Source of the DNA: Girardia tigrina
Taxonomy: Eukaryota
Length of the DNA: 49,317 nucleotides
Direction of reading: 5' to 3'
NCBI GenBank assembly: GCA_001938485.1
Contig: MQRK01238907.1
Coordinates: 1 to 49,317 of the forward strand
Shown here: one piece after another, positions 1-11,591 of the stretch
Position numbering within the stretch: position 1 is the first letter of the stretch
Layout of the letters: the number at the start of each line of letters is the position of its first letter
Made by a program: the position numbers and the translations under genes
The notes under the pieces: generated by a model
The model's input: the letters and a program-made list of their open reading frames with translations, nothing else
Databases searched by the model: none
Told to the model about the DNA's origin: nothing

Positions 1-277
1 AATTTTTTAAAATATTTAATAAGCAAATTAACATAAAAATATTTTACCCTTTAAATTAAAAAAAATAATAAACTATTCAGGCGAGATAAAAATTTAAAAT
101 TAACCCCTCATAATATTAAAAAGAATAATTAAATGTCGATCTGAAATTTTCTATCCATTTATGTTTTAAAATTAAAACCTTTGTATGATTCATTGTTTTA
201 TCATAACATAATTAAAAATTTTTATTCATATTTTAGATGACATTGTTCACTTATTGACATTTTTGTTGTAAATTTTC

Positions 278-357
278 TGCGGTAAAGTCGCCAGCTGTAA
301 AGTCGCTTGCGGTAAAGTCGTCCGCGGTAAAGTCGTCCGCGGTAAAGTCGGCGTACC
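278..357. mobile_element. One terminus of a MITE with 15-bp subterminal tandem repeats (Mutator/foldback-like)
   Basis: Five copies of ~GCGGTAAAGTCGTCC ending in CGTACC. Same style of end (...GTACC) as the 9-bp-TSD element ending at 28764. Partner end not seen. Confidence 0.5.
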
Positions 358-616
358 AGTTTACTCAATCCATTCGATGTCAAATTGATTGATTAATGTA
401 AGTCTGAGCGCCTACAAAAGCTAAATATGTACTGGATACGTAAAAATGGGCATATTAGCCCATCACCTGATGTTATGTTATGTTATTCCGAACCGAAAGC
501 TTATCAGGTGGTATGAGTGTGTGTGCTTTGCACACTGTGCATATACGAGGCTTATAGCGCTAACCCAGTAATTATTTCATGATTCATCATTTTTCTTCAT
601 TACACTACTGGCACCT

Positions 617-906
617 ATGAACGATCTCAAAGCTAAAATCAAAGTTGTTTGGACGGAAAAGATTTCTCAGGAGTGGTGCAACAATTTGGTCGATTCAATG
701 GCTGACCGCAACCGTGTGGTAATCACTGCCAAAGGTTGTCCAACTCGCTATTGATTCAACGGGATCTGTATGAACACTTACAAAGCATATCTAAATGTTT
801 TGCTGATTATTTAGTCTAATAAATGTTTTTGACCAACTTCTCGTTCTTAAAATTCAGAAAAAATAACAAAATTTTTTAACAATTCTTAAAATTTTAGCCA
901 CCACTG
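617..906 (+). mobile_element. Tc1-like transposon 3' remnant
   Basis: 617-754 translates MNDLKAKIKVVWTEKISQEWCNNLVDSMADRNRVVITAKGCPTRY*, a typical Tc1 transposase C-terminus. It is followed by a Tc1-type TIR (...TTTTAGCCACCACTG). Confidence 0.8.
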
Positions 907-2112
907 TTCGTCTGCATAGTTGCACCATGATTCTAGCCTTTTTGTCATAAACTTTTATGACTTTCCAATAATAATTACATATACATAGGAAGCTTCTTAG
1001 ATTTTTACACATTTCGGTTTGTTAAATATTTTCATAACTTCTATTTTGAGCGGAGTCATTTTGATACCTTCGCAAATGATAGTACGTCCAAATACCTTTA
1101 TTTCCTCGATTATTAGTTGACATTTGTCAAAAAAGGATATTTATTAAAAAAAAATAATATAAAATGATTACCCAGGTTTTCTTTTTAATAATTTTAGAAA
1201 CAATAGAATCGAACAAAAATTGATGTTTGAAAGCGCTGTTACAATTACATTTTTGCTAAACGCATTGAATACCATAATTATTCTTGAAAGCAAAAATGAT
1301 TACATGATCGACTAATTACTCTGAAATAAATTTTTAAATCTGTTAAAAACTTTAGAAAATAATAAGAAGATCGCCTGAGTGCTTAAATTTTATTATCCAA
1401 TAACTTATTTTAAGATAATATTTTACAACATTAAAAAATGTATTTAAAATAAAAAAGAAATCATATAAAAATACTAATTTATTTTCATTTTCGCTATTAT
1501 TTTTACATTAGTATGGAAAAATTTAATATTTATTAAGTTTATTATTAATTTATAATTATTTTAATATAAAATAATAAAACATTTCAAAAATAATGTAATG
1601 AGATAATGTAACTGCAATAATGAGTATTGAAATATTCTAAAAATAATTTGATATCAAAAATAAAGAATTAGAAATACTAATTTTTTATTTAATAATTTAT
1701 TTATAATAAATTAAAATTTTAGAAAATTAAAAAAAAGAAAGAAAAATCAGATAAAAATATTTAATTTATTCTATTGTTTAAATTAATATTTCAGAAATAT
1801 TTTAAATTATTCTCAATATGTAAAACATTTATTTTAGTATTTTATAATCTACTTTGTAGAAAATATTAGAAAGAAATAATCAAAAATAAAAAATCTTTTG
1901 GTTAAAAATATTTAAAAACTAAGTATTATTATTTAATAATCTTTTTTTAAGAAAATATATTAATAATTAAAAGAATTTATTATCAAATAATTATTTTTTT
2001 TAATATTCATTTGCTCTAATTTTTGTAATATATTGTACAATCTACTATCTTTAGCACTTTTGATATACCTTAATTATTCAACTTTGAAATCATTTACTGT
2101 TATGGTGACTAC

Positions 2113-2654
2113 GGTTACCGGAAAAAACCTTACAGGAAAATACATCACAAGGACAGAACAACATTAAGATAAAATATCATAAATAACTTTAGGATTAAGG
2201 TATGGTTAGGGTTATGGGTTTGTACACTGAAACGTATAGAATCTACATTTAAATTAAATTTGTTTCAAATTTTAAGAATTTTCCAACATTTATTTTTAAT
2301 AACAAATTACTTAATAATTTAAATCTTACAAATTTTCTGAATATTAAAACACAGGAGATTTTTTTAAGAATATTTTGGATCCATTAATATATTATAATTA
2401 TAAAAAAAATATGTTATTATAAATACTTATATACATCTAATTATCCTTACACAGATAATAAGAATTACAATATTAATCAACCATCTAGATAGAAGAGATA
2501 CAATCCAAACATTCTTCACAATTAACATTTAGATTTTAAATATTAAAAATATATTGCAATAATTTCATTTGTGACTTTTGACAATTGTGATTTTTTGTTC
2601 TAGTGAAGTTTTGTCCTAGTGATATTTTATCCTGTGATGTTTTGTCCTACAGCC
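2113..2654. mobile_element. Mutator-like (MULE) non-autonomous element
   Basis: GG...CC ends, degenerate TIRs built of repeated subunits (ACAGGAAAATACATCAC vs GTGATATTTTATCCTGT), and a 9-bp TSD GGTGACTAC (2104-2112) / GGTGAATAC (2655-2663), 8/9 match. Confidence 0.7.
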
Positions 2655-3434
2655 GGTGAATACTATTAGACTTTCTATATACAGGACGAGAACCTTCGCT
2701 AGTAATTTGATCACATAATTCTTAAACAAATTTATGGATATTATTAAATCCAGTTTTTTATGTGATAAAAAAGATACATTTTTCCTTAAATATGTACAGA
2801 ATTTCCTATAAAATAATTTCTTCCAAAAATAAGATTATTTTTTTATTTTCGGAATTTAGTAACTAAATGATTATTCTGGAATTTTAATTAATAGAAAAAA
2901 AACACAATTAATCGTTTACTTATTTTAGATTATTAAAATCTTAAAAACAAAAAATAATTCATTAAAATTTATTTCCAAAGTCAAATATTTGATTGAATAA
3001 AATTTTAGAAATAACCATAACCTTAATTATTATCAATTTACTTATTCAATTAATTTTAAAAACAATTTATCCTTAAAAAATCAAAAATAGAGACGATTTT
3101 CATTGACTTTCTATTAAAATATATTTTTTAAAATTATTTTTTTATGTAATATTTAATTAAAAAACATACCATAAAATTATTAAATTACAATAATAAAATT
3201 AAAATTATTTAAAAAGAATACTGAGAATAATTCTTAATAAATATATTAAAATTCTTTTAATTAGATTAGATTTACAATTAGACATTTTACAATTTTTTAA
3301 AAATTTATTTTTAATTTTTGTGTCATTTAATTAAAAAAAATAATTAATTAAAATTAAAAATTATTTTAAATATTAGTCAGAAGATTTGTTTAAATAAAAT
3401 AAAGAAACCACATTAAAAACATTTTATTAATTTA

Positions 3435-5129
3435 ATGGTGTCAATTATTCATGAAGAAAAAGAAAATGAATTGTCAACCTCTGTCAAAGTTAAAGGGTTT
3501 GATGAAGATTTAAAGGAATCAGCTCCAGCTTCTGAAGCTAAGCCCAAAGAAGCATCCGATATTCCAGACGGAGGATATGGGTGGGTTATTATGATCACTG
3601 CGTTTATCGCTCGGGTTGTTATGTCCGGGGTATACGTTACATTCGCCGTTTATTCTAAAGAGTTCGTTGAAGAATTTAAAATTTCCCCAGGTACAATGAG
3701 TTGGATGATATCGATTTATTCCGGACTCTTCCTTGTGGTAGCTCCAATCGCAACATTGCTCCATAACAAATTCGGTCTTCGTTTGATGACAATAATTCCC
3801 CTCGCGATTTCTGCTGCCTTTTATATGTCGACATATTTGTACTCACCATTTTGGTATACCTTTCTAACCGGTTCAATAATTGTTGGGTTTGGAAATGGAA
3901 TAAGTAATTTATGTGCAAGTGTTATCATTACGAAATATTTCGACAGGCGTATGCCTATCGCTATGGGGTTTTATTCTTGTGGATCAGGAGCAGCTTCCTT
4001 CGTAATTACTCCTTTAGTAACAATCTTTATTAATCATTTCGGTTGGAGAATAACCCGAGTACTCTATGGCGTTTTCTACTTCATAGCGATTTTATCTGTT
4101 CTCTCTTTTCGACCGATTGAAACCAAGAAAGAAGAAGACACAGAAGATCAAGCAAGAGAAAATACTAACGAAGACACCGGGAAAGTAAATCAAATTAACT
4201 CGATTGATAGAATAAATGAAGTCATTGGATCAAGAGATTCAAACATTTTTAACTTTCTCTCCATGGCGAATATTGCATCAAAAATGTCCATCGCCGAAGA
4301 TTGTAACAAGTATTTTACTTCGTTAAAAAGTTTGAAATTAAACGATACTGAAATCGACAAGAATTCTATTAATGTTTTAAACGTTCCTATTCAAACTATG
4401 GTCGGTATGAGTGTGGCCAGTAACCTTCAGTTGAAAGCGGCTGTTGATCAAGCTTGCGAGCAAAATATAGAAGTCGTTATTCCCAATGAAGAACCGGTCA
4501 TCACAAAAACAAATGAATGCGGAGGATTCTTCAAATTATTTAAAAATCCCATTTTCGTTATTTTTCTTGTGTCTAATTTGTTAACTAGTTTAGGTTTCGA
4601 TACCCCTTTCCTTTATGTGAGAAATAAAGCTTTGGAACTCGGTACTCCAGAAGCACAAGCAACGGCATTGTTAACATGCATGGGAGTAGGAAACTTAATC
4701 GGTAGATTGGGTTTTGGTTATTTAGGATCACTCAAGAAGATTAATGTATATGTGATGAATGCTTTCTCTCTTATTGGAGCGGGTCTGTTCGTTCTTTTGA
4801 GTCGGGTAGCGTTTTCTTTTCCTCTAATGGTTACTTATACCATCGGTTTCGGAGTATGTATTGGAGGATTTTCGACTCTTGGTCCGGTTTTACTAGTTCA
4901 TTTACTACCGATTTCTGACTTCAGTAATGGGCTGAGTATTCTGTTTGTCGTTCAAGCAATCGGATATTTTTGTGGGGCGCCTGTCTCCGGATTAATCTAC
5001 GATCAAACAATATCTTATGATTGGCCTTTCATATATTGTGGAACCATTATATTAACAAGTGGTTTATTACTGTTTTTATCATACCTTTCGAAAACGTTTC
5101 GTGTAAGTCAACAAGAAGCGAGAAAATAA
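3435..5129 (+). CDS. Monocarboxylate transporter (SLC16/MCT family, MFS), 564 aa, intronless
   Basis: Uninterrupted ORF with the SLC16 signature PDGGYGWVI, YFDRRMPIAMG, GNLIGRLGFG and GAPVSGLIYD; ~12 hydrophobic helices with a long central loop; AATAAA about 25 nt after the stop. Confidence 0.95.
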   Translation: MVSIIHEEKENELSTSVKVKGFDEDLKESAPASEAKPKEASDIPDGGYGWVIMITAFIARVVMSGVYVTFAVYSKEFVEEFKISPGTMSWMISIYSGLFLVVAPIATLLHNKFGLRLMTIIPLAISAAFYMSTYLYSPFWYTFLTGSIIVGFGNGISNLCASVIITKYFDRRMPIAMGFYSCGSGAASFVITPLVTIFINHFGWRITRVLYGVFYFIAILSVLSFRPIETKKEEDTEDQARENTNEDTGKVNQINSIDRINEVIGSRDSNIFNFLSMANIASKMSIAEDCNKYFTSLKSLKLNDTEIDKNSINVLNVPIQTMVGMSVASNLQLKAAVDQACEQNIEVVIPNEEPVITKTNECGGFFKLFKNPIFVIFLVSNLLTSLGFDTPFLYVRNKALELGTPEAQATALLTCMGVGNLIGRLGFGYLGSLKKINVYVMNAFSLIGAGLFVLLSRVAFSFPLMVTYTIGFGVCIGGFSTLGPVLLVHLLPISDFSNGLSILFVVQAIGYFCGAPVSGLIYDQTISYDWPFIYCGTIILTSGLLLFLSYLSKTFRVSQQEARK

Positions 5130-8100
5130 AGAATTTTTATTTGTATATAGTTTAATAAATTCTGTCACATAAATTTGTGTTTGTGTTTTAGATAATAATA
5201 ATAATATTTTTAGATTTTCCAATGTAAAGAAAGGTAGATTTAAATATTGTTTCACCATTGAATATGTCTTGTATTTCTATGAACACGTTACTGTGAAGCG
5301 AGATATAAAGATAGTATGATCAATGGTTTAATTAATAGAATCTTTTTCCTACAAAAGTTTTTGAGATTACATTAATTTTTTAATAACTCTGAACAACTGC
5401 TAATTTACTAAAACCAGAGTTTTTTCCTAAATCTTTATTTTCGTTAGAAACCCATCACTGTAATAAACACTTTGTTCTTTAGTAAGCCGTTATTCGTAAA
5501 AGTATTTTACTTGTATAATTAATATTTTAGTTCTTTGTTTTAGCTCCTTGATCTTTTTGTAAAGAGTGTAATCTTTAAAACTTTACATACAAATATCTGA
5601 ATCACAATGACTTGTCCATAAACATAAACGATAAGAACCACTCGTTAACCTATAACAACTAAATCAGCTGCAATCTTTGATAAAAAAACAATCGTATTTT
5701 CAGATCAGAAGACCGATCACAAAAATGATTAATATATAAAAAGTAAATATTTTAGTTAAATAAAATTTTACTTTAAATTATTTATACCTCAAGAATAGTT
5801 TATAATATTTGTTTCTGTTAATCAAATGGTACCATTTGGTGATAGTCAACTGGCAGTCCATCAAGGAAATATAAATTAGATTTGATAATTTTCTTACCCT
5901 TTTTGTTTAATTTATTAATCCACGGGTAAAATATGTTTTATTTTTCTATAAAAAGTGATATAAGCTACAGTAAATACAAATAAGTTTTTAAGAACATTTG
6001 TTTAGAATATAATTTTTACAATATATCAATAAGTTATTTAAAATGTCAAGTATTAATACCTTAATTTTAACGCTAAATTACAGCTATACACAAAAAAGCT
6101 TTGACTTACGGACCGAAAATATAATAATAATTTATCGTAGACATCCCATCTCTTTCAATGGTATTGAGTCAAAGGTCTTTAGAGGGTCGACATTTTTTTC
6201 ATCCAATGAACAAGTATTCACGCTTTCATTATGCATACTATCCTACCATGTGTTTGTGTGTATGTCATGCACACATTCCTAACAACTTCAGTCGTTGTGT
6301 GTATTGAATAGTAGGACACTTAAATATGTCACTTATGTTAAAACAACAAATGCAAGTTGTATCTTTAGTTAATAACCAATTATTCTTTATTAAATTACCT
6401 ATTTTAGTTTATATTAACATTAAAAAAAATACTTGAAATAATTAATTTAAAATAATAATTAACTGTAATTTTTAAAATTTTTTTCAGATTTTCCATAGTA
6501 AATTTAAACAAAAAAAATAAATTCATGTGTTTTTGTAAATGTTATTGATTTTTTTTATTTTTAATTATTAAATTTAATTTATAAAATATTTATTTTAATT
6601 TTAGTAATTTTATCTCCTTTTTTTAATTCTGTTGCATAATGTTTATCAAAAAATTTTAATCAGCTTATTTTTTTTAAAAAAAAATAATTGATTTTTAATT
6701 TAGATTAATTCAGTAATTCAATTAATCGCTTTAATTATATAATAAAACTTCACGAATTACTTAATTAATTGTTATCATTTAAATAAGTTTACACTTGTAT
6801 AACAAAATAATTAATCATTTTCTAATTAAAAAAAATTAATTTTCAAAATATTTTTTTCTTCATTGAAAAAATCAAATTCTTTTAGTTTTGAGATTTATTT
6901 TTTTTATTTAATTAATTATTTTTTTTTGTTTGGTATTAAAAGAAAAATTGTATTTTTAATTCAATTTGATTGAGAATTAATTTTGAATTTTAAAAATTAT
7001 TTTAGTTGCATTTCGATTTTTTTTCTTCGAGTTTCATCTGGTAAAATAATTAAATCCAAACCATTTCAGTCAATTAACTTTCAGAATTTTTCTATTATAT
7101 TTCAGATTTATTTTGTTAAAAAGAAAATTTCAATTAAAAATTCAAGAAAAATATGAGTTAATTTTATTTTTTTGATTTTTTTTCTGGTTTTGCTTTTGAA
7201 AATTGTATAAAATTGATGCTAATCTAATTAAAATACAAAAAAAATTAATTCAGTTTTGTGCTTATGTTAAAAGATTTTCTGTTATAATTTAATTAATAAA
7301 TGAGTCGTTATTTAATAATATATTTTATTTTGAATTAATTTTTTTTTAATTGTAATTTTTACAATGTTTCGGGTGTTATTAAACAGCATGACAAATTTTG
7401 GTCAATACAATTTTTTTTTTAATTTATTTTTTATGGGTAATATATATTAGAATAATGATGAGCTTGAATCTTTTTCGGATCAAAATGGAGACTTTGTTTT
7501 GTATAAATGTTTCTATTTAAGAAGTAAGGATCCAAGATGTTTGTTATTGAGTCTCTAAGGACTCAATCATCCTTGCTATTAGACTGATGTCATGAATTTT
7601 CGATACATCTATGTAAATTAAAAAAAATTATAAAAAGTCAAAAGATGTGATACGAGCCATAAATTAAAAAGTAAGAAGTTCTGGATCCTGTGATTTGTAA
7701 CATTCATGATTCTAATTGTTATTCCAATTTTAATTATAGTAATGTATGTGATTATGTATTGTATAATAGCTATAATGTATGTAGTTTTATTCCACAACAG
7801 AAAATTTTATTGATAATACAGTCTAAAATTGTAGGATTTTTAAACGTGAGATGGTGCGGAAGAAGACATAAGACTATATTGAATTCAATAGTAGACACAG
7901 CATTAGGACTAGGATGGATGGAAAGACGAGGAACCGTTTGTTATACAGAGAGGCCCGATTGTTATTGACTTGGAAATTTCACAACAGTTTCAGGTTTCCC
8001 TAAATATGAAGACAACATCATCGGTAATTAGTGTAAACAGTGGCGGATGGATATAGTGGGTACTTACGATGATATAGTGATGTGCAGAAACAAGAAAGTT

Positions 8101-8379
8101 AATATTGTTATTTTTTGTTGCAAAAGTAGTAATCCCAGCGATTATTTTTTGAATAACATTGATAAGAGCAATTTGTTTAGAACTGAGGTGATGTAGAGAT
8201 GGGATAATAGATGCACAGTAGGACATCTCTGAAATGTATAGAGAGATTTTAGTTTAAAAACATAATATAAATAAGTTTAAATATACCAATACAATTTCGT
8301 TTCTAAATTCGAAAGAAAAATTTAAATTGAAAGAATATAATTTACATGCAAGTAACAAAGAATTTTAAAATGTTTGTAT

Positions 8380-10075
8380 GGCTGGAAGACTGGATATAAG
8401 GAAGGTGACACTGGTAAACACAGAATTGATACATCATGAAAAACCATTCTATTAGGGTGAACCAAAAGTATTTTCGTATTTTCTACGTCTTTTTGTTCAA
8501 TTGTTTCTTATTACCAAATAAAGATATTTTATATACATGTGTTATATATTTTTAAAGCCCTTGAACTGCTCTATCACAATATATATTAAAACTTCTAATT
8601 AGTCGTTAATATAAATTTTATGGTCTTTTAAAAAAATCATGGAAAATTTTGAAATTCGTGTTCTTTTACTCCATTACTGGAAACAGGGCTTCAACGCAAC
8701 TGCAGTAACAAAGAAGATATGCAAAGTTGAAGGCGATAATGTGGTCTCAAATCCCACTGCACAAAATTTGTTCAAAAGGTTCAACGAAGGGGACATTGAC
8801 CTCGGAGACAATGCACGTTCAGGCCGACCTATCACCGTAGATTCCGGAGCAATTCGTAAAGCCGTCGAGACAAATCCTTCAATAAGTTCTCGCAGATTGT
8901 CGGCCAAACTCGATATTCCTCAAACAAAAAAAGTCCGGATCTTGCGCCTTCCGACTATCACTTTTTCGGCTCTATGCAAACTTGCTTCCTGGTCGCAGCT
9001 TCAATAATCTGGCCGAGGTCGAAAACGGGTGTCATCAGTTCTTCGCTTCTAAGAACAAGGTTGAAACTTAAATGTTTTTTATTTGTTGTAAAATTATGTT
9101 TAAATTTTTAATAAAAAATACGAGAAGACTTTTGGTTCACCATAATATATAAACTGCAGAGATAGCTAAGCCACCTACAACAGCTTCTAGAGAATTCGAT
9201 CAGTAATCTGGAAAGAAATATAAAATAAAGAAATGCTCATCTCTATGTAATGCCCCAATGGTGTGCGTTTGGAAGAAAAGAGAAATGAGATTCATTTATG
9301 TCTGTATTTTAGATTGTTGAATCAAGTGACAGAGCGATACCCATTATTTATTCGAACTTTGACGAGATATTAGACTCACTCAAGGGTGATAAATAGTTCA
9401 GTTCCATTGAATATAGGAATGCTTACTACCAGGAGGAATAAGAAAAGTTTTCGAATGTAAAGACGGTGTTCTTAATAAAAATGGACAATATTGTTTTGTA
9501 TCTCTTATATATTTCTGATTCACACACTATTTCAGAACTAAATAATTTTTTTAGTAGTCTGAACATGAAATTAGAATATATAAAAGAGTATTTACACAAA
9601 AATACAAACGCATTGTCTCCTAAGGATTGCATAGTATATTCTTAATGTCTTATATAGAACAAGCTGAATGAAACGGGTATATTAAAGACTGAAATGTTAA
9701 CAATGGAGGATGTTACTCTTTCGTTCCTCTTGGAAGCAAGATATAAAGGAAATTGGGGAAACAATCAAAGCAATTGAAAAATGAAAGGAAATAAGATTTA
9801 AGCAACACAAAGGATGTGTAAGAGCGGCAAACAACAAGATTTGGATACTGAAAGAATCTAGGAAGGATTGTATTTTATTTTTTGATAAATACTTTTGAAT
9901 AAAGAAGAATGGAATATGACATGGAAGAGTTTAATAATATTGCTAACATAACAATACGGCCATGAAAAACATGTAAAACAACTAAAACGTTTACTTAAAA
10001 GATAAATCAAAAACAATTAATCTGATTGCAGATTGTGAACTGGACAAAATTTAAATGCATTTTTCTGACCGATGG
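8380..10075 (+). mobile_element. Highly degenerate Ty3/Gypsy pol relic, split by a mariner insertion
   Basis: Frame-broken peptides KHRIDT (~8417), CSSLCNAPMVCVWKK, IHLCLYFRLLNQVT and NFDEILDSLKGDK*FSSIEYRNAYYQ (~9234-9432) match Gypsy RT N-terminal motifs. Boundaries are uncertain and may extend back to ~7400. Confidence 0.7.
8452..9145 (+). mobile_element. Internally deleted mariner element
   Basis: TIRs TTAGGGTGAACCAAAAGTATTTTCGTATTT and its imperfect inverse ending at 9145; TA TSD. ORF 8639-9007 has the mariner HTH (RSGRP) and is joined out of frame to PDLAPSDYH. Confidence 0.92.
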
Positions 10076-11591
10076 TAATTATTAGAGGGAAAAATATTTG
10101 TAGTATCTTAATACATAAATAATATAATTAAAAATAAATAAATAATTGATTTAAATATAAATATTAAAAGACAGATTAAAAATCGATTAAAGGAAATATT
10201 AAAAATATACAACTACTTACCTTGACAAAATAAGACATTCTTGTGAATCCATTAATTTTTTGTAGTTAATCTGAAGCAGAATATCAATCCAGAGCTCCTT
10301 TAATGATTTGACTAACTTATCTTAATTAATTCTTAAAAGCTAAAGATAATGTAGTGGATTAAATTAGCAATAGATCACCAAGTGGTGGCCATAACCTAGT
10401 TTCTGAGCCAGTTTGGTTTTAAGAAGTATTTTGTAGTTTTTCCTCTGTCCAAACACTAAGCATATCGTGTCTAATTATATCATAAATTAAATTTTCCTCC
10501 TATTCAGCAATACTACTAAATAAATCTAAAGAAGATTGAAAACTTTTTATACATCGTTTTGCTTATATTTATAAAAGAACTTTGTTTAGAAGTTTTCAAA
10601 ATATACACGTAGTAGAAATATATTCGGTTAAAGACAAAAAAGATTTTTAAAAATCTTAAAAGAAATTTAAAGAACTATTTAACCATCTAAAGCATGGGTG
10701 AACAACACGGGGCTCGCGGGCCGCTTGTACCCGTTACAAATTTTTATTCGGCCCCCAAGAATTTCTAAAATTAAATTTATTTTATCAACTTTCTCTTATC
10801 ATTCATATGTCTATCGCAAGTAATGTCACCGAAAAGGGGGTTAAAGTTAAACCGTTAAAAAAATCAAAAAAGGAAAAGAACAATTTATTTGCAATTTATC
10901 TGATAAAATTCAGAGCTCTGAGCGCAAATTACAAATGTAGAAACAACATATTTTTGTGAATAATGTGTCTTATTTTCCACAGAAAAAGAAAACGTTACTA
11001 CTTCTGACAACTATGTACAATATATAAAATTTTAATCAACGAAATTCAATTACGATTCAAAATGTTCAAAGCTAAGAAGTTTTCGGTTTGGATGAAAATG
11101 TTTTCCTCACCATTTAATATCGATGTGGATACAGTTCCCCTAGACTTTCAAATGGAGGTGATTGATATGCAGAATAATAATGATTTAAAAAAATGTATTT
11201 TTCACAGTAAATATTTTAATTTTTTATAAATCTTATGTGATTTCTGAGAAATTTCCGCTTTTGATGAAAAATGGAAAGCAAATAATGTTTCTGTTTGGAA
11301 GTGCGAATCTTTGTGAACAATTATTTTCAACCATGAAATTAAACAAAAATAACCACCGATCAAGACTGACTGATGCACGTTTGGAAAGCTGCGTACATGT
11401 ACCTTCCTCATAAATTCCGGTTAATATAGATGAGTTTTAATCGAAAAAAAACAGTACCAAATTTCTCATTAAAATTTCAAATAAAATTGTTTTTCAGTTC
11501 TTCTCTTGATTGTTTTTATTTTGTGTTATGAATTGTTCATGAGTTAATTACTTTCTTTAAATCATATGTTTTTATTGTAATGTTTATTATA

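Noticed and set aside
278-357. CRISPR-like array
   Set aside because: Contiguous 15-bp repeats with no unique spacers, in eukaryotic DNA; fits a MITE subterminal repeat.
461-514. Hairpin CACCTGAT...ATCAGGTG as a ribozyme or SECIS element
   Set aside because: Only an 8-bp stem; CTGATGT breaks the hammerhead core and there is no SECIS context.
2190-2220. Telomeric repeat (also TTAGGGTTAGG at ~23396)
   Set aside because: Only a few degenerate units, internal to the sequence; the first lies inside a MITE.
6148-6190. ~43-bp motif shared with 42271-42313 (ATCTCTTTCAATGGTATT...TTAGAGGGTC)
   Set aside because: Real similarity but too short to define; probably an internal piece of an old DNA-transposon family.
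10214-10225. TACTTACC as a U1 snRNA 5' end
   Set aside because: No U1 stem-loops follow; it is the reverse complement of a splice donor.
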